Assembly (NCBI GenBank): GCA_963708135.1
Contig: OY970192.1
Coordinates: 3,200,001-3,264,000, forward strand
From: an uncultured Gemmatimonadales bacterium
GTDB lineage: Bacteria; Gemmatimonadota; Gemmatimonadetes; Longimicrobiales; RSA9
Direction: 5' to 3'
Length of the DNA stretch: 64,000 bases
Both the position numbers and the translations under genes were made by a program. Position 1 is the first letter of the stretch. Each line of letters starts with the position of its first letter. This document shows, one piece after another, positions 31,933-42,900 of the stretch. Below the pieces are notes generated by a model. That model was not told the origin of the DNA. It saw nothing but the letters and a program-made list of their open reading frames with translations, and did no database searches.

Positions 31933-34900
31933 TGGGAGAGTGGGAGACCGGGCGACGTTCGCGGCGGCCGACCGCGACCGGGCCTCGCACCGTGCCGGGT
32001 ACCGCACGTGCACCGGCCTTTCTCCGACCGGGCGCACGCCTCCCCCTTTTCCCACCAGAGTGGGAGAGTGGGAGAGTGGGAGACCGGGGCGACGTTCGCG
32101 GCGGCCGACCGCGGCCGGGCCTCGCACCGTGCCGGGTACCGCACGTGCAGGGCCCTTCCTCCGGACCGGGCGACACCTCCGACTCCGAACGGCCTTCGCA
32201 GGCAACGAGGCCTGCGGAAACGCCGGCATCCTGGCCTGCCCGGCGCTGCACCCACTCTCCCACTCGCCCACTCCCTCCCCCAGAGTGGGAGAGTGGGAGA
32301 GTGGGAGACCGGGGCGACGTTCGCGGCGGCCGACCGCGGCCGGGCCTCGCACCGTGCCGGGTACCGCACGTGCAGGGCCCTTCCTCCGGACCGGGCGACA
32401 CCTCCGACTCCGAGCTGCCTTCGCGGGCAACGAGGGCCGCGGAAACGCCGGCATCCCGGCCTGCCCGGCGCTGCACCCACTCTCCCACTCGCCCACTCCC
32501 TTCCCCAGAGTGGGAGAGTGGGAGAGTGGGAGACCGGGGCGACGTTCGCGGCGGCCGACCGCGACCGGGCCTCGCACCGTGCCGGGTACCGCACGTGCAG
32601 GGCCCTTCCTCCGGACCGGGCGACACCTCCGACTCCGAACGGCCTCCGCAGACAACGAGGGCCGCGGAAACGCCGGCATCCCGCCCTGCCCGGCGCTGCA
32701 CCCACTCTCCCACTCGCCCACTCCCTTCCCCAGAGTGGGAGAGTGGGGGAGTGGGAGACCGGGGCGACGTTCGCGGCGGCCGACCGCGACCGGGCCTCGC
32801 ACCGTGCCGGGTACCGCACGTGCAGGGCCCTTCCTCCGGACCGGGCGACACCTCCGACTCCGAGCTGCCTTCGCGGGCAACGAGGGCCGCGGAAACGCCG
32901 GCATCCTGCCCTGCCCGGCGCTGCACCCACTCTCGCACTCGCCCACTCCCTCCCCCAGAGTGGGAGAGTGGGGGAGTGGGAGACCGGGGCGACGTTCGCG
33001 GCGGCCGACCGCGACCGGGCCTCGCACCGTGCCGGGTACCGCACGTGCAGGGCCCTTCCTCCGGACCGGGCGACACCTCCGACTCCGAGCTGCCTTCGCG
33101 GGCAACGAGGGCCGCGGAAACGCCGGCATCCTGCCCTGCCCGGCGCTGCACCCACTCTCCCACTCGCCCACTCCCTCCCCCAGAGTGGGAGAGTGGGAGA
33201 GTGGGAGACCGGGGCGACGTTCGCGGCGGCCGACCGCGACCGGGCCTCGCACCGTGCCGGGTACCGCACGTGCAGGGCCCTTCCTCCGGACCGGGCGACA
33301 CCTCCGACTCCGAACGGCCTCCGCAGACAACGAGGGCCGCGGAAACGCCGGCATCCTGCCCTGCCCGGCGCTGCACCCACTCTCGCACTCGCCCACTCCC
33401 TCCCCCAGAGTGGGAGAGTGGGGGAGTGGGAGACCGGGGCGACGTTCGCGGCGGCCGACCGCGACCGGGCCTCGCACCGTGCCGGGTACCGCACGTGCAC
33501 CGGCGTTTCTCCGACCGGGCGCGCGCCTCCGGTTCCGAGCTGCCTTCGCGGGCAACGAGGGCCGCGGAAACGCCGGCATCCTGCCCTGCCCGGCGCTGCA
33601 CCCACTCTCGCACTCGCCCACTCCCTCCCCCAGAGTGGGAGAGTGGGGGAGTGGGAGACCGGGGCGACGTTCGCGGCGGCCGACCGCGACCGGGCCTCGC
33701 ACCGTGCCGGGTACCGCACGTGCAGGGCCCTTCCTCCGGACCGGGCGACACCTCCGACTCCGAGCTGCCTTCGCGGGCAACGAGGGCCGCGGAAACGCCG
33801 GCATCCTGCCCTGCCCGGCGCTGCACCCACTCTCCCACTCGCCCACTCCCTTCCCCAGAGTGGGAGAGTGGGGGAGTGGGAGACCGGGGCGACGTTCGCG
33901 GCGGCCGACCGCGACCGGGCCTCGCACCGTGCCGGGTACCGCACGTGCAGGGCCCTTCCTCCGGACCGGGCGACACCTCCGACTCCGAACGGCCTCCGCA
34001 GACAACGAGGGCCGCGGAAACGCCGGCATCCTGCCCTGCCCGGCGCTGCACCCACTCTCCCACTCGCCCACTCCCTCCCCCAGAGTGGGAGAGTGGGGGA
34101 GTGGGAGACCGGGGCGACGTTCGCGGCGGCTGACCGCGACCGGGCCTCGCACCGTGCCGGGTACCGCACGTGCAGGGCCCTTCCTCCGGACCGGGCGACA
34201 CCTCCGACTCCGAACGGCCTCCGCAGACAACGAGGGCCGCGGAAACGCCGGCATCCTGCCCTGCCCGGCGCAGCACCCACTCTCCCACTCGCCCACTCCC
34301 TCCCCCAGAGTGGGAGAGTGGGGGAGTGGGAGACCGGGGCGACGTTCGCGGCGGCCGACCGCGACCGGGCCTCGCACCGTGCCGGGTACCGCACGTGCAG
34401 GGCCCTTCCTCCGGACCGGGCGACACCTCCGACTCCGAACGGCCTCCGCAGACAACGAGGGCCGCGGAAACGCCGGCATCCCGCCCTGCCCGGCGCTGCA
34501 CCCACTCTCCCACTCGCCCACTCTCCCACTCTGGCGGGGGGGAGTGGGAGGGCGGGAGGGGCGCCCGCCTCCGACTCCGAACTGCCTTCGCAGGCAACGA
34601 GGCCCGCGGAAACGCCGGCATCCCGCCCTGCCCGGCGCTGCACCCACTCTCCCACTCGCCCACTCTCCCACTCTGGCGGGGGGAGTGGGAGGGCGGGAGG
34701 GGCGCCCGCCTCCGGTTCCGAGCTGCCTTCGCGGGCAACGAGGCCCGCGGAAACGCCGGCATCCCGCCCTGCCCGGCGCTGCACCCACTCTCCCACTCGC
34801 CCACTCTCCCACTCTGGCGGGGGGAGTGGGAGGGCGGGAGGGGCGCCCGCCTCCGACTCCGAACTGCCTTCGCGGGCAACGAGGGCCGCGGAAACGCCGG

Positions 34901-34980
34901 CATCCTGCCCTGCCCGGCGCAGCACCCACTCTCCCACTCGCCCACTCTCCCACTCTGGCGGGGGGAGTGGGAGGGCGGGA
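31933..34980. repeat. Tandem array: one ~123-bp partial unit, 11 x 225-bp units, 3 x 141/142-bp units
   Basis: 225-bp units start at 32056, 32281, 32506, 32731, 32956, 33181, 33406, 33631, 33856, 34081 and 34306; short units start at 34529, 34671 and 34812. Confidence 0.95.
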
Positions 34981-35003
34981 TCGCGAAGATTCAGGCCGCG
35001 CGT

Positions 35004-35399
35004 TCACCGGATCTTCCATTGGCCTGGGCGGGCGGACATCACGGCGAGGCCGGCGATGATGCCGTCGTAGCGGGCGTCGTGGGCCTTCGCGGCTTCGGCA
35101 TCCATCCAGCCGGAGAGCTCCGCGAATTCGATCCAGACCCGCGTCTCCCCGGCCTCGCCCGCCGCTTCGGTCAGCTTGGCGACGAAGGCGGCGGGGTAGC
35201 GTCGCTTCTGCCAGGCCTCGGCAATGTTGGCGCAGACGGAGCGGGACGAGCGACGCATCTGGGATGTCAGCGCGTAACGCTCATCCCGCGGGAAGTGCTG
35301 GCTGGCCTCGAAGAGAGCCATGGCCGCATCGCGCGACTCACGGTAGACGCGGAGCTGCCGGTGGTCGAGGATCCGGCCCTGCCATCTGTCCTGAGGCAT
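35004..35399 (-). CDS. Four-helix-bundle protein (23S rRNA IVP / Avd-like, TIGR02436-type)
   Basis: L.VY......A...F..S..FPRDERYALTSQMRRSSRSVCANIAEAW..RRY...F..KL....GEA.ET..W; GGAGTGA RBS. Confidence 0.92.
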   Translation of the reverse strand: MPQDRWQGRILDHRQLRVYRESRDAAMALFEASQHFPRDERYALTSQMRRSSRSVCANIAEAWQKRRYPAAFVAKLTEAAGEAGETRVWIEFAELSGWMDAEAAKAHDARYDGIIAGLAVMSARPGQWKIR

Positions 35400-35434
35400 T
35401 GGCGTTCACTCCGGGCGTTGTCGTGCGCGGACGC

Positions 35435-35794
35435 AGAGAGTGGGAGAGTGGGAGACCGGGCGACGTTCGCCGGGGCCGAACGTGCCCGGGCCTCGCAGCG
35501 CTCGCAGCCGGGCGGCTTCGCCGGGGCGCCGAACGTTTCCGGCGGCTCCCCCTCCCTCGGACCCGCGTCGGCCCGATTCAACCCGCCTGCCAGCGCTCCC
35601 GGCGACCACAAGCCTGCACCGCGCCGGCAACCCGGCGCAGCCGTGGCAGCCTGCACCGCACCGCAGCCCGGCGCAGCCGTGAGCGCCCGCACCGCGCCGG
35701 CAACCCGGCGCAGCCGAGCGGAGCCTCCGCAGCCCGCGCCCCCGCCCCGCCCGGCAGCTCTCCCACTCTCCCACTCTCCCACTCTCCCACTCTC
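35435..35794. repeat. Diverged octamer-bracketed cassette upstream of the four-helix-bundle gene
   Basis: GAGAGTGGGAGAGTGGGAGACCGGGCGACGTTCGC start, (TCCCACTC)x4 end, internal GCACCGCGCCGGCAACCCGGCGCAGCCG repeats. Confidence 0.85.
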
Positions 35795-35922
35795 GCCGGC
35801 GCGGACGAACAAGCGGCCCGACCCACCCCCCACCAGCAAACCCCGGCCCACCCGGGGCACGGCCACCCGCCTGGCCGGAGCTCCTGCCGGCCGTCATCCC
35901 GCCGGAAAGACCCGGCCGGCCG

Positions 35923-36927
35923 TCATCCTCCTGCAAAGATCAGCGCGCCCAGCACCTTCCCGACGACCTCCAGCCCGACGGGCGAGGTATGCGCGACGGT
36001 GTCCTCGAGCGTGTGCCAGTATGCGTTTCCGGGGCCGTAGTCGAAGTCGATGATGTCGATGGTGTGGATGCCGGCCTTGTTGAGGGGGATGTGGTCGTCA
36101 TCGATCGCCATGCCCTCGGTGCGGGGGAAGTACTGGCCGAAGCCGAGCTGCTCGGCGGTGCGCCAGACGCGGTCGACGACCTCGGGGGCCTGCTGCTCCG
36201 AGGTGGGCTCGATCGGATAGACGGGGCTCTGGTCGCCCACCATGTCCACGAGAATGCCGTAGAGGGGCTTGTAGCCGGGCGGCATGTTGGCGGCGAAGTG
36301 TGTCGAGCCGAGGTACATGTCGCCGGTGTAGTCCTCGCCGTCCACGAAGAGTAGGTCCACGCCGATCGGCGGGGAATGGCGTTTCAGGACATCGGCAAGC
36401 TCCATCAGGACGGCGACGCCGCTGCCGCCGTCGTTGGCGCCCTGGATCGGCTTGATCTTCGCGCTGTCGGTCTCGTTGTCGGCGGTGGGGCGGGTGTCCC
36501 AGTGGGCGAGCAGCAGGACGCGGTCGTGGGCGGAAGGGTTGAAGCGGGCGAAGACGTTGGAGAGGTGGAGCGTCTTGCCGGCGGCCTGCGCGTCGAAGCT
36601 GTGCACCTGCACGGTGTCGGCGCGCGTCTTCAGGTAGTCGACCATCCACTGGAGCTGCTTTTCGTGGCCGGGGGTGCCCGGCACGCGCGGGCCGAAGGCG
36701 ACCTGCTGCCGGATCAGGTCCTCGGCGGCCGCGCCGCTGAAGTCGGGCGCCACGAGCGGCTTCCCCGCCGCCGTCTCCGCGCCCTGGGCGTTGCCCGACC
36801 CGCCGGACCCGGCGGACCCGCCGGAGCGCTCGCACGCGGGCAGCGCCATCCCGACCAACAGCAGCATGCAGGCGACGAGCCCGCCGCGGATCCAGCGCGG
36901 CAGTCGGCGTTCGCGGACGGCTCCCAC
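35923..36927 (-). CDS. M28-family peptidase / glutaminyl cyclase-like lipoprotein
   Basis: FGPRVPGT, AHWDTRP, GANDGGSG, DGED, DDH and WHT motifs; lipobox LPAC. Start uncertain (36867, 36927 or 36996). Confidence 0.85.
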   Translation of the reverse strand: MGAVRERRLPRWIRGGLVACMLLLVGMALPACERSGGSAGSGGSGNAQGAETAAGKPLVAPDFSGAAAEDLIRQQVAFGPRVPGTPGHEKQLQWMVDYLKTRADTVQVHSFDAQAAGKTLHLSNVFARFNPSAHDRVLLLAHWDTRPTADNETDSAKIKPIQGANDGGSGVAVLMELADVLKRHSPPIGVDLLFVDGEDYTGDMYLGSTHFAANMPPGYKPLYGILVDMVGDQSPVYPIEPTSEQQAPEVVDRVWRTAEQLGFGQYFPRTEGMAIDDDHIPLNKAGIHTIDIIDFDYGPGNAYWHTLEDTVAHTSPVGLEVVGKVLGALIFAGG

Positions 36928-36992
36928 CCGCGCCCGCGGTCGCAGTCGCAGCTCGAGCGGGCCGGCGATGGGCGGCGCGCCGCGTCGCCTGC

Positions 36993-39900
36993 TCAATGGG
37001 GCAGGTCCGAGGGGAGCTGGCCGGCGGAGAGGTCGAACTGGCCGAAGATGCCGAGCTGGAACTGGCTGGTCCCGTTCAGGGTGCCGATGTGGCTCTGGCG
37101 GGAGTTGTAGCTCATCTGGACGCCGACGTTCAGGTCGGAGAGCATGGTGTCGAAGGTCAGGTCGATGCGGCGGTTCATGTAATCCACGTAAGGGACGCAT
37201 CCGGAGCTCTCCGTGGTGGTCTGGACGAAGCGGCACGAGCGCTCCCCCTGCTGGGAGAGGGAGAGCGAGACGTGCAGCGGGCTCTTGAGCTTGTCGCGGA
37301 ACATCGGGGGTGCCCTGAACGCGCCGGAGAGCTGGACGGTGTGGTTCGTCTGGTCCTCCTGCGCGTTGCCGGTCGGGTCCGCGGTGCTGCCGTGCGTGAT
37401 GGAGCCGGTGTAGGTGGCGGTGCCAATGGTGCCGACGCCGAGGCTGAGCTGGAGCGGGTAGCGGCTCTGCACGGTGCTGCGGACCTGGGCGCGGGTCGCG
37501 CCGGCCCCGCCGCCGCCGGGGCCGCCGGCGCCGCCCTCGAGGACGAGGCCGGCGCCGCCCAGCACGTTGCGCTGGTCGGTGTGCTGGTACCCGGTGGTCA
37601 TGGAGAGGTGGCGGAAGACGGGCCGGGCGAAGCCGGGGATCGGGATGCTGCCCCACTGCAGCTGGATGTCGGGCCAGGTGGCCTGGTGCTGCGTGCGCTG
37701 CCCGCCGCGGGTGTCGAGGTAGCTGTTGTCGGACCCGTCGTAGGAGAGGGCGAGCTGGGTCTGGAAGGGCAGGGCGAGGCCGGTGCGGGCGCGGAAGGCG
37801 CTGCGCTGGTTGGTGGAGACGGCGGTGTCCTGGCCGATGACGCGGAAGCCGCCCAGCCCGCCGAGGCCGAGCTGGTAGCCGGTGCCGGGGTCGCCGTCGG
37901 CGCGCTCGAACTGGGAGCCGAGGCCGTCGATCCAGGTGAGGTCGATCGGGCGGACGGCGGAGCCGATGCTCCGCAGCACGCGCGAGGCGCGGCCGGCGGT
38001 CGAGTCGCGGCGGGCGCCGAACAGGGTGCTCATGAGGCCGCCCGGGTCGATCTGAAGCGTGCGGTTGAGCGTGCGGTCCGCCTGGAACTGCCGCTGCAGC
38101 GCGGCGCTGCTGTCGGCGCCGTCGGCGATGATCCGCAGGTAGGACGGGTTGCGGGCCGTGCCGAAGTGGGCCGAGTAGGAGAGGCCGGGCTGGAGCCAGG
38201 AGGCGACGCGGGGGCGGAACGCGAAGCTCGTGGTCATGTTGCGCGCGGTCTCCCACCCGATGTCGAGGCCGCCGACGCTGCCGCGGGCATCCCGGATGGC
38301 CTGGCGCTGGAGCGGCGCGGTGGTGGCGCGGTCGGCGGGCAGCAGGTCGCGTGTGCTGTTGACGGAGACGGACGCGCTCATGGTCTCGAAGGGGCGCAGC
38401 GAGAGGCGGGCGGTGTTCTGGAGCCCCATGCGCGGCGACTCGACGGGCGCCACGAGCGTGTCGGAGGGCAGCGCGAGGATCGTGCTATAGCGGTACGCGC
38501 GGCTCTGCTGGTTCGAGTAGCTGGTGGAGAAGGAGATCGCGTCGGGGCTCCAGCGCAGCTTCGCCCCGGTGAGCTCCTTGAAGAGCTGGCTCTTCTCGAG
38601 GAAGGCGGGAAAGAGCGCGTGGACGAGGCCGTCCACGAAGCCGGGGGTGATGTCGAGCTCGTGGGCGTCGATCTTCCGGTCGTAGGTGAGCGCGGCGTCG
38701 AGCCCGCCGGCCTGGGAGAGGGAGGTGATGTTGCCGTTGCTCGCGGCGCTGTAGCCGAGGCGCAGCGCGGTGCCGTCGAGGAGCAGCCCGAGCCACGGGT
38801 TGGACGCGGGCGTGGTGCGGCGGAGCGCCAGGTCCACGCGGGTCCGCGAGGCGCCGGTGAAGCGCAGGTTCGAGAGCTGGTTGGCCAGCACGTCGCTCTG
38901 CTGGAGGAACATCGGGTCGAGCCCGGTGTGGGCGTAGCTCACCGTGAGCGGCGCCTCGATGCCCCAGCCGGTGGGGGCGAGGTGGCCGAGCTCGGCGCGG
39001 GCGTTGAGCCCCATGTCGGCGGACCGCTGGTAGGACGCTCCCTGCCCGAGCTGGTGGAAGAGCGCGCCCTGGTGCGAGTAGGAGGCGGTGGCCGCGATGA
39101 AGTCGCCGCCGCGCACATCGAGGTTCACGGCGCCGGCGAAGCCGGGGTCGGTGAGCGCGGAGCCGAGGCGGACGTCGTCGATCCAGACCTCGGCGGGCTC
39201 GGGCGCGATGCCGCCGTTGTAGATGGAGAAGGAGAGCTCGCGCACGGCGGCCAGGTTCGGAGCGCGGGCGCGGTCCTGGAGCACGACGCCGTAGGTGCTG
39301 TCGGCGCTCCAGAGCACGAGCGGGGCGGTCCGGTCGGGCTGCTGGATGAGGGCCTCCTCGGCGGCGGCGCGGAGCTCGAACCAGGGCTCGAAGTCGATGG
39401 CGATCTCGGGCAGCCAGTCGGACGCCTTCGCGCCCGCGCCCGGGACGGGCGCGGCGAGGCGGGTGCGGTAGAGGTAGTAGTTGGCGTCGTCGTTGCCGAC
39501 CTTGATGAGGAGCTGCTCGTCGCCGCTCGGTCCCCAGTTGCCCTGCCGCGCCACCGCCCACACGCGCATCTGGCGGTAGCTCAGGAAGTTGCGTGGCTGC
39601 TGCGGGTAGCGGTAGTAGACCTCCGCGCGACTGTCCGGCTGGAGCGCCGTGACGCTCAGCCGGAGCGCCTTCTCGTTGATCTCGACGCTGCTCACGCCGA
39701 GCGCGCTGGTCGGGTCCTGGAGCTGGTCGGTGACGCCGGGCGGGCTCGCGTAGCCGCTGTCGTTCACGCGGCTCACGGGGCCGACGCGGAAGCCGGCCGC
39801 GTCGCCAGGCGCGCCGGGGTCCGTGCGGTCGAGGCCGTCCACGATGCCGCTCACCCCGCGCTTGGCCCAGCGGGAGCCGATGATGTTCATGCGCGCAAGC

Positions 39901-42900
39901 AACACCTGCCCGGGCCTCTCCCCGACGGTGGCGGCCACGGTGATGCGCAGGTCCTTGATGAAGCGCCAGGTGCCTTCGGTCGCGCCGCCGATCGGGATGG
40001 CATCCATGCCGCGCAGCGGGATGCGGTAGAGCTGGAAGTGAGTGCCGGTGATGGAGGTGTCGCGCACGAGGTAGGGCGTCATGCGGTCGAGCGGCACGAC
40101 GTAGCGGAAATAGGCGCCGTCGGAGAGGTCGGGCACGCCGTTGCCGTCGAGGTCCTCGCTGTCCAGCATGCCGTTGCCGCGGGTGCAGTCGGCGCGCGGG
40201 TCGCCGAGCGGGTAGGTCTGGCCGGGCGCGGCGTGGCAGTCCTGGTTCCAGAGGCCGAGCGAATCGGAGACGGCGCTCCAGACCTCGTGGCGGGCGACGT
40301 TCACCTCCTGGTCGAGGGTGCCCTGCCCCCACGGCGTGCCATCGGGGTAGGTGCCCGTGACCTGCCCCTGCGCGTCGTAGTAGAACGCATCCTCGCCCAC
40401 GGTGCCGAGGTCGAGGATGAGGGCGGCATCCTGGCCGACCGTGTGGGCGACATAGAACTCGAGGTACTCGCTCCGGCTGAGGTCGCGGCCGGTGGTCGAG
40501 AGCACGGTGGTCAGGGAGCGCCAGCGGCGTGCGCCGGGCGTCATGGCCGAGTCGCCGTAGGTCATGTAGAGCACGGGCTCGCCGCCGGCGCCGGAGGTGC
40601 CGACGACCTTGATGCTGTCGTCGATCTGGGTCGTCGGGTCGAGGAGCCCGGCAATGACGCCATCGCTGGTGCGATAGTCGTGCTGCCAGACGAGGCGCAT
40701 GGCGCTGGCCGCGTCGAGCACGGGCGGGAGCACGGCCCCGGCGCCCGTGAGGTCGGCGGGCCTGGAGCCGAGGCGCCAGACGGGGCGGTCGAGGGAGAGC
40801 GAGATCTGGTCCGTGGACTCGAAGTCGTCCACGTAGGTGGCGCCCTGCCGGTTCGGGTTGGGCGAGGAGAGGGCCAGCTCCCCGGTGAGCTTGACGCTGG
40901 AGGCGCCGTTCAGCCGGAGCCCCGGCAGCCGGGCCAGCGCGCGGTCGAGCAGGCGGCCGCCGAGGTCCATGCGGCCGCTCACGCCGCCGAGCATGATGGA
41001 GCCGGGCTCGTTGCCGAGCTGGGGGCGTGCGTTGATGGAGCGCTGGGCCTGGTAGAGGCCCATGAAGTCGAGCTCTCCGCGCTTGCCGAGCGCGTACTTC
41101 GTGTTCAGCCCGAAGACGCTGGTGGGCGCGATCTGGAACTGCGACTTCTGCTCCCAGGTGGCCTGGATCTGCGCGTCCGGAGTGGTGCCGAAGAGCGACT
41201 CGGGGTTGGTCAGCGTGACCTGCCCAATGTCGTAGTCGATGGTATAGTCGGTGCCGCGCGCCAGCGGCTTGCCGCCGATGGTGATCTTCTCGCTGCCCTC
41301 CCGGATGCCGAGTGCGCCCAGGCTGAAGGTCGAGACCAGGCCGTCCACCTTGACGCGGTAGTCGAAGCTCAGGCGGAAGCGGCTGCTCGACTCGCGCGTG
41401 ACGGGGTCGGGGTTCTCGTAGATGTCGCTGTTCGCGTCCGTGCCGAGCGCCGCGCGCGACTGCGCGCTGTCCAGCCCCGCGGCCGGCACGGGCGGCGGCG
41501 CCTCGAAGGGCTGCAGCGTGGGGAAGACGATGAAGGTGCCGCCGACGGTGGGCGCGCCGCCGCCGCCGCCGCCCGCCGCGCCGCCGCCGAAGCCGTTGTC
41601 GGCCGCGGGCTGGTAGATCTGCGCGTTGTCGATCTGGTCGGCGGGCGCGTTCTCGTCCAGCCCGAAGAGGCGCAGGTAGGTGACCTGGTCGGCGCCGACC
41701 TGGGCGAACGTCTTGCCGCCCGACAGCTCGCCCAGCGAGATCGTGAGGTTCACGCTCGAGGGGTCCACGCCGCTCGAGCTGTCCAGCCGGTAGACCTGGT
41801 GCATCTCGTACTTCCAGGTCGCGGCTCCCGGCTGGTGGATCGTGGTCGGGCCGCGCAGCAGCCGGAGCGTCGGCGTGACGCCGGCGGGCGAGTTCTCGGC
41901 GTCGAGCGCGCCCACGGTGTCGCCGGCGGCGGTCACGTACGAGACGGCTAGCGCCTCGTCGTCGCGCAGCGGCTGGCGCAGCACGATCCACAGCCCGCTC
42001 GAGTGCACGATGTAATCCTCGCCCTGCACCAGGCGACGGAACTGGCCGCTGTGCTTCAGGCTGCCGTCCGGCGTCGTCGCGTCCGCCAGGAAGTAGCCGA
42101 GCTGCGCCTGCTGCTGCTGGTTGGCGGCGCTCGGCCGCTCGTCGCGGTAGACCTGGATGGCGCTGCCGCCCGCGGGGCGGAGCGAGGCGGGCGCATCCTC
42201 GAGCCGGAGCTGGAGGATGTTCACGTGCGGCGCGCCGGCGAGGCTGTCGGGATCCAGCAGGAAGAAGAACTGCCCCTTCACGTAGCTGGCGTCGTCCAGC
42301 ACGATCGACTGGTCCTGGACCAGCCCGGCGCTGCCCTGGTTGCCGTTCAGCCGGAACTCGCGCCTGGAGACATCGCCGCGCTGCTGGGCCCACACGGCCT
42401 GGAAGTCCATCGGCCCCATCTGGCCGGTGGCCTTGAAGCCGAAGTTGCCGGCCGGGATGCCCTGCGTGAGGTAGCGCGACTGCGGCAGCTGGATGGAGAC
42501 GTCGCCCACCTCGAGGCGCTGCAGGATCTCGTCGGGCAGCCCCTGATAGTAGACGTTGATGTTGTTGGCCGCGTCGAACTCGCGCCGCTGGTCGTAGTCC
42601 ACGTCCAGATGGATGCGGTCCGAGATCGTGCCGCCCACGCGCAGCCCGAACTGGAGGTCCGGCTTGAGCTGCGGGAAGAGCGAGGGGTTGCAGTCGAGCC
42701 GCAGCCCCGGGTCGCACGGGTGGTAGCGGTTCCACGCCCCGCCCATCTCGCCGCGGCCGGTGATGATCATGCCGACATCGGCATACTGGGACAGCGACGG
42801 CGGCAGCACGAGCTGCCGGGGCGCAGGCGCGCCGGGCACCCCCGCCACGCCGGCGGGCGGCGAGATCGTCGGCCCGCCGGGCGGCCTGCCCGGGCCGCCC

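Noticed and set aside
31933..34980. CRISPR array
   Set aside because: Units are near-identical over their full 225 bp, with no unique spacers and no cas genes in the window.
30641..35070. 1000-1470 aa ORFs on both strands as real proteins
   Set aside because: They are translations of the tandem repeat, open in nearly all frames and with no domain signal; only 31046-31906 (comEA) is credible.
35004..35399. Diversity-generating retroelement (Avd-like gene)
   Set aside because: No reverse transcriptase and no TR/VR pair with adenine-specific differences is visible.
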